The notes below the pieces were generated by a model, which saw nothing but the letters and a program-made list of their open reading frames with translations, did not search any database and was not told where the DNA came from. A program made the position numbers and the translations under genes. A DNA stretch of 58,466 nt, the filler included, from Squatina squatina (Eukaryota): assembly GCA_031763465.1 (NCBI GenBank). It is 3 parts of 3 records of this genome, joined end to end, with 100 filler letters (N's around TTAATTAATTAA, not from the genome) between each part and the next. Parts side by side here need not be neighbours in the genome. Positions count along the whole stretch, not along the records: positions 41,030 to 58,466 come from JARFOE010000168.1; 2 more parts are not named here. The stretch is one strand, 5' to 3'. Positions 49,699 to 58,466 of this stretch are shown piece by piece. The first letter of the stretch is position 1; every line of letters starts with the position of its first letter.

Positions 49699-50874
49699 AT
49701 TATGTTTTTCAAAAACCAATTTCTACCATTTTTGATAAGTTCCACTTTTTATGTGAAAGACCAGTGTTGGTAGGACAACTGATAAGGCCCTGTTTTGATC
49801 AGTTCATCTTAATTTACTATTGTATTGTGCATATCTTATTTGAACCATGAATATCTTGAGTTGTCAGTCAACCTGTAACAGTTTAAAATATTCATGGTTC
49901 AAAATATATTTAAAAAGAAACAGATGCAAATCTTGACTGACTCCTGAGATAAGTGGGTATACACAGCTGGATTGCAATTGGAGCACAAAATCATATAATT
50001 TATCAAAGTTTTCTCAAAGTTTACTCAAAGTTTATCGTTCATCAAGAAGCTCCCCGCCTCCCCCCCCAATATTGACACTACTAATAACAAGTGATTGAAA
50101 TTACATCAGTTCTAATCCTGATATGTGGCATCAGGTTTGAGAAAAAAAGGTGACTTAATACGCTGCTTCCTCCTTACAAAACCTTCCATTATGCAGCCAC
50201 ACATTGTTTGGAAACTGAGTGATGCAATCTAAGATAGCATCAGCAGCTTGTGGTGTAATGCAGTAACTGCTTACAAAAATTTGTGCAAGGCTGGAAAAGC
50301 AGCAGATAATCGGATTAAGCGAAAGTCTATCACAGTCCAGCTGTCACTGGATTTTAGCAGATTTTTTTTTTTTTATCCCAGTATTTGGTGGAAGAAGATT
50401 ACAGGAACATTTAATGAAGGAAGCTGAACTAATAAGCTCAGTGGTGGCAGAAGATCTGATAGTCATGCTTCAGAACAGAAATGGCACATATAGTTTGAGA
50501 AATTGATGTGGCCAGCTGTAAAATATTTAAAGTGCCTGTAGACTAACCTTAAAGTGACTTTTTAATGAAAGCAATTAAAGTTTCATGCAATCTGACTGGC
50601 CAGGAGTCCCAATCGAACACTCAATACTCTGCAATTTCTGCTCATAGCCATTGGCCACTTTTAAAAATTTAGTAAGGAGTGAGAAGGAGTGAGAAATAAG
50701 ATGGTTACTTTAAGAGCTCACTAATTTTTCTTTGCTTTATCCTGCCTTTTTTTTTCATTGTTTGACTCATCTCAGGGAATTTGCTTACAGGACCTTTGTC
50801 TAACTCATTAATATATATTCAGTACAGCAAAAGCTGGCCTCTGAGGTAAACCCCTCACACACATCGTGAAAAGT

Positions 50875-51469
50875 TCAAACTTATGAGGACTTTTGATAGA
50901 TAATGAGAAATTGTTTCCACTGGCAAGATGGTCGGTAACTAGAGAACATAGATTTTAAAATAATTGGCACAAAAGCCTGGGGGAGTTGAGGAGATTTTTT
51001 TTAACTCAGCTCTGCAATGCAGTGCCTGAAAGGGTGGAAGTCGCAGATTCAAAAGAGAATTCAATCTCCACTTAAAAAGGAAAAATTTGGGGAAAAAGCA
51101 AGGGAGTGGGACTAATTGGTAGCTCTTTCAGGGTGCTAGCACAGGCAGGGGACTTGGTAGTAGGCAGGGGACTTGGTAGCGTAACGGTTAAGTTGCAGGA
51201 CTAGCAATCCAGAGGCTTGGACTATTGATCCAGAGATGTGAGTGCAAATCCCCCACAGAATTTAAATTCAGTTAATTAAATAATCTGGAATAAAAAAAGC
51301 TAGTGTCAGTATTGGTGACCATGAAACTATCGGATTGTCGTAAAAACCCATCTGGTTCACTAATGTCTTTCAGGGAAGGGAATCTGCCATCTTTACCTGG
51401 TCTGGCCTATATATGACTCCAGACCCACAGCAATGTGGTTGACTCTTATCTGCCCTCTGAAATGGCCTA
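50875..51469 (+). mobile_element. Decayed CR1 3' end (~50875-51145) followed by a second-family SINE (~51168-51469)
   Basis: gagaaattgtttccactggc..gggagtgggactaattgg, then ggtagcgtaacggt..ggactagcaatccagagg..aaaaacccatctggttcactaatgtc. Confidence 0.8.
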
Positions 51470-52787
51470 NNNNNNNNNNNNNNNNNNNNNNNNNNNNNNN
51501 NNNNNNNNNNNNNNNNNNNNNNNNNNNNNNNNNNNNNNNNNNNNNNNNNNNNNNNNNNNNNNNNNNNNNTGATAGCCTTTTCGCTTTGCGTGTGACTGTG
51601 TTATCTTTTGTAATGTTCTTGCCTTCGTGTGTTCCATGTGACGACCCATACTGCTCAAGGGAAAACCACATGAATTGGCTGAATAATATGCAGAAATTCA
51701 ATTTCCAAGACCACTTTGTAGCTTTGATGTACACATGCTCCTGACAATTATGCTTTTAATTTTGGATCCATTAGGAGATCTTTTTGTAAGTGGAAACATT
51801 TCCTACTGAACCCAAATTTAAATGCATAATTGTACGAAAGTTTTGCTTTAGAACACTTTAACCAGACCATCTCTCCTTTCACTGGGCTCAGTTGTTAATA
51901 TGTGCCTGCTCAACTCCATTTGCATTACCTTCTGAAAGAATGGATGCAAGAGGATTTTTCCAGCTGTCTAGCATAAGAATAATACCAAATGAGTGTTTCG
52001 CAATCATTGAGATTGATCTGTCTCCTTTCCCTGTAAAATGCGCAGCCAAAATATTTATTGGTTACACACAAGTATCTTAACATCTTCTTCATTATTACAG
52101 TTACAGTTTTCTCGAGAACAAATGTATTAACACCTACAGTAGGATTACTAAGTTGATCAGCTTGGCTCTGCTGGTACCATTCTTGCCTCTGAGTCGGAGG
52201 CTGTCGCTTCCATCCCTGCTCCAGGAATAGAACACACAGGGAGAAATTGGGCACTAACTTTGTGGCCACTAAATTAAACACTGCACTTCCGTCCTGGAGC
52301 ACTAAAGGACGNNNNNNNNNNNNNNNNNNNNNNNNNNNNNNNNNNNNNNNNNNNNNNNNNNNNNNNNNNNNNNNNNNNNNNNNNNNNNNNNNNNNNNNNN
52401 NNNNNNNNNNNTGCATATTTAATGAATTTAGGAATACTCTGTTAGCTGTTTGATGCTGCAGTTCTAGTGTCTTCTTTGTGTCAATGCATGACTATACCAT
52501 CAGATTCTCAGTGTACAGATGTCAAGTGATGCGAAACTCCCTCCAGGAAGCTGCCTCACTGTGCTTGAACTTTGCACCATGCACAGTATACTTTAGTTAG
52601 GAGTGAAGCCAGCTCTATTTCACTTTATAAATTTAGTACTGATTCCTTTAATGTTATCAGAAAGTGGGTATTACTTCTTATTCTCTTCTAACATAAATTG
52701 GCTACCAGGGGAATGGATCTCTACACATATGTGCAAGCAAGCATTTATAAAACTGTCCCCGATTTGATCAGCGCGCTGTTGAGGCCC

Positions 52788-53330
52788 AGAGAGATTTTAA
52801 CTCCTGGGCTGCATTTTAATATTTAGGCCCCAATTCCCACCCAGATCCCACTGCCTAGTCGGTAGGCAGGAGCGCGGGAGGCTGCCACCGGGGACATACA
52901 GAAACGGTCCTCAGCAGTCAGGTAAGTGATGAGGGAGGTTTCCAGACATGATCAGGTGATGGGAGGCGAGGTTTGGGGGTGGGTGGGGATGTGGTGCTGG
53001 TGGTGGGGGAAGCCCAATATGGAAGCAAGGGAGTCCCAAAGTTTCCTGAAGGAACACTCCTGTTTCTCCTGGTGCACGAGGAAAGTTTAAAAAAAAACTT
53101 ACCTTACTGGGCCTCTTCAAGCCCAGACGGCTATTTTTAAGCAGGTTTTGCCTGACAGAGGAAGTCATCTCTGCTTCCCCACTCAGGCCTCTGGTTACAA
53201 CAGCAGGTCCGGCTCCGATGACAGGTGACTGTTTTGCCGCCTGCAATATAGAATTGCAGGCTGTCAGATCGGGGTGGAAAAGGTGTGAGTAAATCCCCCT
53301 ACTCCATTTTAACTGTTAAAATCGTCCCCT
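52788..53330. mobile_element. Putative MITE, same family as 5320-5735
   Basis: Inverted ends gagagattttaac / gttaaaatcgtcccc; shared internal motif. Confidence 0.5.
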
Positions 53331-56300
53331 TTCTCCGAGCAAGTTGCAAACAGGCTCAGCCTGCAGCAGAATTCAAGTCTTGCCAGCTGTACTTCATAGC
53401 CTAAAGACCTTGCTCTCAGGTAAGCAGTGTAGCACACATCAGACAAAGAAACCAGACCTTGCACAATGAGGAAGATATTTTGTGCTTCAGTTTCCATCAA
53501 GACTAGATTTCAGGAATGTGGAATGCATGAAATAAAGACTAGAAATATTCTCTCAAAATTATATTTTAAACCAACCTTTTGTTAAATATTTCTTGCCTGA
53601 GATTTCCTAACAGGATTTCTTTTATACAAAAGAACGTGTCTGGAAATAAATTTATACAGGAAGCTAACTCCTCAGGCAGTTGGATTCAGAGGCTGATGAT
53701 TTATACCGGTGTGGAGGAGAGTGTATAAAATGAATAGTGAAACCAAATTAAATAAATTGATTAACCATCAATCACAATCCAGCTACGTATTAAAGCCGGG
53801 GCCCCAATTTCAGCAGGGCTAAGAGGGACTACAGTTTTTCAGAATCTGCAAGATTCTGATTAGCAGTAAATCAAAGTAATGAGAGCTCATTAAGCTTTAC
53901 AGAGCGAGAGCTAATGGCAAGATGAAACAAACAATTATCTTGCATTTCTAGAATTAGGAAAATGCAGGCCAAAGTGGGCACCAGTCACAGTGGCTCTTGC
54001 GTACTTACGGGCAAATACTTTAAAGGCGGCCTTTCACAATAACAATAAACCATCACAGTACTTAGTTATTAATTGCCTGGTTTTGGAAAGTCATTTGGGA
54101 TGATATTTACTGTAGGTGTGAAGATAAATCAGAATTTGGCCTGCAGTAATAGTAATATAATCCATTCCCACTGATGATTACAAAATACAAACACCGTATT
54201 ATAATTTAGAGGTAGAGATAAGAAACAATGTTCCATCTTGCCTGGTTTTTGTATTCTGCAATCTCTTACAGCACCTAAAAAAAAACATGAGAAAAAAAAT
54301 CATCTTAATGAATGAAAAAACCCTATTTGGATAATTGGCTCTGTGTACTCCAATTGCGTTGTGTTTGCAGAGGAAATAAACGTAAGATGAAATTAAAGAA
54401 CTTTGGAAATGCCGCACTGCAAGCGAGAGACATTGTTCGAGATCATGTATCCGTGAAGCAGGTGTACTTGTAATTACTATCAGTCAAGATAGTAAGCACC
54501 TGAACATGGTACCCTGAGAGTATGGATTAATATTAATGCAGATGTACATAGTTGCATTTAGATTAAAAATTATCATAATTCCAATGGAAGTGTGTTAAAT
54601 GTGTCTCAATGGAGCAAAATTATTGTGACTTTATGTAATGTAAGGCATTGGTCAGATCCCCATCTGAAGTATTGTTTGCAATTTTCTTCACCAACTTGTA
54701 AGAGATGATCAAGTTGCAACTTTCAAGATTTGTAAGGAAAAGGACAATATTGGTCCGAGCAAATTATTCATTGTGGCAATACAAGTTTTAAAAAAAGGAA
54801 CAAAAAGTAAGAAGTCGGGGACGGGTACAGTTATNNNNNNNNNNNNNNNNNNNNNNNNNNNNNNNNNNNNNNNNNNNNNNNNNNNNNNNNNNNNNNNNNN
54901 NNNNNNNNNNNNNNNNNNNNNNNNNNNNNNNNNNCACCTGAATGTCAGTTATTTAGCTTTAGGCGAATGAGGCACTGCGATTCAGTTCTATAAGGCAAAA
55001 CGGTTCTTTGTTCTGCCCTTGTTGCATATCCAGTATTACACTCGTCTATGTTAGCCTTTCATATTTCAATATTTTTCCAAATATTTTCAGCGTAATTATT
55101 GTGTCAATGCAATTATAGAACTTAATTCCTGATCGTACTCCTCATCTAACAGAATGAGTTCCATCCGTATTCCATACTTGTATTAACATTTATTTGGTAG
55201 TTGTATTCAACTGTGCCTTAAGCAAGGTTAAATGTTTTGCTCTTGTATCTGAACTGCATTTGCTTTTTTTTCTTAATACATACATTTGTGATCTACCATT
55301 AAAAATATGAAAGTCCAAATGCTTAGGAGATAGATTTAGCACTCAAAGCTCCAATGTGGACAGCATCAACAGAGATTAGCAAAATACTACTTAAGATAAA
55401 AAAACACTTTTACTAAACATTATATTAAATGTTGGTTACATAGATTAAACAATTAAAAGTAGTTGGAAAATGTGCATTGACAGGTTAGTCTAACTAAGCC
55501 CAATCCTTAAAGTGAGGTTAAATGAACTTGCAACATTTTTCCGTGAAAGCTTTCACTGAGTTAAATATTATCTATACATTTCCAACAAATACACAGCAGG
55601 ACATCAGTATTGAGATGTAAAGCTCGTTCATGCAAGTACCATAGTTTGCTTTTCATCCAGCTATAGTTTTGTGAGAATGCCACGTCTCACTGACCTTTGT
55701 ATTGTCAGCTGAACATTTTCCACAGCTTTAATCTAAACTGGCTGATGAAGACGTAACAAAGGTCATTGTACAAATTCTGTTTTGACAAAACTGCATCTGG
55801 ACGAACAGAAAAAAATAGTCGCAGAATCATAAGCCTGGAAATTCGATCGTGCTGTGCTTGTTTTGCAGGCGTAAAGCACTGCTNNNNNNNNNNNNNNNNN
55901 NNNNNNNNNNNNNNNNNNNNNNNNNNNNNNNNNNNNNNNNNNNNNNNNNNNNNNNNNNNNNNNNNNNNNNNNNNNNNNNNNNNTCCCCTTTAACGGAAGG
56001 GGGGGGGGTGGGGAGGAGAATTGAAACACGTGAGCACTATGCCGCATAGCACTGCCGATTCCGCCCAAGTAGCGCCCCAGATACCGCCCCAACAGGAAGT
56101 GGAGCGTGCAACATTGCGTGCCTACCCGCTTGAGAAAGCTGGAAATCCTATCATAGGGCTGAGGGTTGCTGGGACCTTCTCAAAAGGTATCTGCAATGCC
56201 CTATCAGCTTCTTTTATAAGGAGGCCAAAAAAAAGTCTTAAAATGTTTAACATCATCAGGGTTCTGCTGACTCCATCCTCCAGACTTATAGCGGGAAGGA

Positions 56301-57459
56301 CAGCCACTTTTTGGCTGCTTTCTAATTAATTCTAATGATCGAACCACTTCTTAAATAAAATGACCTTTTATTCCTGATGCCATGCATTCCCTCAGTTCAA
56401 TTTTATTCTTCTACATTATTTCATAAAATTGACAAACATTCACCTTCATTTCAGAGTCAAGCAATTTCCCTGTGAATAAAAGTTCACAATTCCGTATAAA
56501 AGGGTCGTGCCCAGAAAGCAGCAATTTTGAAAGATGGGAGTTTGAGAATAGGAAGACTGATATATGGTACAGTGAAGCTTTTTCTGAACCGCAGGTATAG
56601 CCGGCATTGATGGAAATTAAAAATGAAACCCTGCTGAAAAATTATCAAGGGGCATTTGTAATCATTGTTTAAAACAAAGCTGGAACCTCATCCTCCATTA
56701 CTCTTACTCATCACCCTAATGAGGCAGAAAAATATCAGATCATTCAGATGTTAGGGAAGTGTTTTATGAATAAAAAATAGGGTAAAATTATTTGGTTTGA
56801 ATAACCTGAAGCACGAGAAATTTGGAGAAAATGTTTTACTTTGAAATTTGCCATTAGTATTCNNNNNNNNNNNNNNNNNNNNNNNNNNNNNNNNNNNNNN
56901 NNNNNNNNNNNNNNNNNNNNNNNNNNNNNNNNNNNNNNNNNNNNNNNNNNNNNNNNNNNNNNAATTTTTTCTAAGTGTTGAAAAGGCATACTTTAGCCTA
57001 AAGTTCTAAGACCAAAACTTAATGCCCAACTATTCATCCGTTAACGCCCGAAACTTAGGGCAATTGAATTTGGCACCCCTAGGGTTTTATTTCCTCCGTC
57101 CTGGAATGGGGGGGTGGTCGGGGGCTTTGCTGTTGGCAAGTATAGGGTTGAGGAACTGAGTCGGTGATGGGCTTCATGGATGAGATAAGTGAGCGGAGTC
57201 TGAGGGGGTGGGGGCACCTATAAAAAGAAATGGGTGAGACCTCCGTTGCGTCAACCCATTTTCCTGGATCGGCGGCCATTAAACATAGAGTGGGCTCCTG
57301 ACAGCATCTTTGCAATACTGAGAGGTTGTGCGAGGGTGTAAAATTGGACAGTGCCAGAAGGAGCCATCATTAAAGAGGGTAGAAGCACCCTGAAGAATTT
57401 ATTTTTAAATAAGTGAAACACACAGTGATGGTAGTGAAGCACTTATTACTGATAGTACT

Positions 57460-58215
57460 TACCCATCAGTTATCTCCTTTTTAGTAAAGAACAGTGAAAA
57501 GTACTTATCATATGCCTCTGCCATTTTTTGATCATCATCGACAAATTGACAATTCTCTCTTCTCGGGAATCCCATGTAACTTTTAACAATTCTCTTTTTA
57601 CTGATATACTTGTCAAATATTTTACTATTCCTTTAGATGTTTTTTGAAATGTTTCCCTCATACTCCCTCTCTTATACTGCTCTTAACCTCTTGTCTGATT
57701 TTCTAATATTCTCCTTTAGTTTTTTTTTCACCTTATTATTCATATAGTCCTTATGGATCCTCCTTTTCAATTTTAATTGGTTTCAAACCTCTTTATTTAT
57801 CCATGACATCCTAAAACTACTGGCAGCTTTCTTCTTTTTTAATGGAATTTACTTATTCAGTGCCTTTGCAATCTCATTTTTCAAAACAGCCCACTGTTGC
57901 TCTACGCTCGAGTGTCAAATCTTCCTTCCACCTCACTTCAGCTAGCTCGTTCCTCAACTTTCTAAAATCTGCCATACGCCCTTCCTTTGTTTAGTTTTTG
58001 TACTGACTTTTTTCCTTTTTATTTGGATCTTAAACTTGATCACATAGTGGTCACAACTCCCGAGATGCTCACCCAGATTTAACTCATCCACCTGATCTAT
58101 TTTATTACTCATAACCATGTCTAGCAATGCATCCGCCCTTGTAGGCTGACTAACATACTGCTTGAGGGAGGAGGAGTTACACGCGTTTGAGTAATTCCAT
58201 TTCATATTCCTTATC
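57460..58215 (-). mobile_element. Decayed CR1 ORF2 (end of endonuclease domain plus linker)
   Basis: LKQYVSQPTRADALLDMVMSNKIDQVDELNLGEHLGSCDHYVIKFKI: the PTR..LDL..SDH motifs of the APE endonuclease. Confidence 0.85.
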
Positions 58216-58254
58216 TTTCCTCTCTGTCCCAATTGATAATTGGTAAAAGAACCA

Positions 58255-58466
58255 GGAAGAGATGAGGAGAACTATACTCGTGCAGCAACTTGTTGTGATC
58301 TGGAATGCACTGCCTGAAAGGGTGGTGGAAGCAGAGTCAATAGCAGCTCTCAAACGGGAATTGGATAAATACTTGAAAAGGAAACATTTGCGGAGCTGTC
58401 GGGAAAGAGCAGGGGAGTAGGACAAATTGGATAGCTCTTTCAAAGAGCCAGCAGAATGGGTTGAAT
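58255..58466 (+). mobile_element. CR1 LINE 3' portion
   Basis: tggaatgcactgcctgaaagggtggtggaagcagagtcaata..aaacgggaattggataaatacttgaaaagg. Confidence 0.85.

Noticed and set aside
50380-50510. Plus-strand exon after a T-rich acceptor (FGGRRLQEHLMKEAEL..)
   Set aside because: No recognisable homology and no partner exons.

Overview
Eukaryotic, repeat-rich and almost entirely non-coding vertebrate DNA. The repeat content (Deu-domain SacSINE1-type SINEs, CR1 LINE tails with TTCTATGT-like ends, L2, Harbinger remnants, LF-SINE-like copies) points to a cartilaginous fish, probably a shark (inference). The assembly is very fragmented: dozens of fixed 100-N gaps, two of which carry an artificial TTAATTAATTAA linker. 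The only host coding sequence I can recognise is the first coding exon of a PAIP2-family gene, most likely PAIP2B (minus strand, 26697-26837). Its later exons are not visible, but a candidate minus-strand poly(A) signal lies at ~24185. The other interpretable ORFs are transposon debris (CR1 ORF1/ORF2, L2, Harbinger transposase and its probable Myb/SANT partner). I found no convincing new biological system. The best leads are a pre-miRNA-like hairpin (~49840-49905), a perfect RFX X-box, several enhancer-like unique blocks, LF-SINE-like copies (one in the putative PAIP2B 3' UTR) and some unusual repeat rearrangements. Repeat family names come from recalled consensus sequences, not from a database search, and repeat boundaries are approximate.
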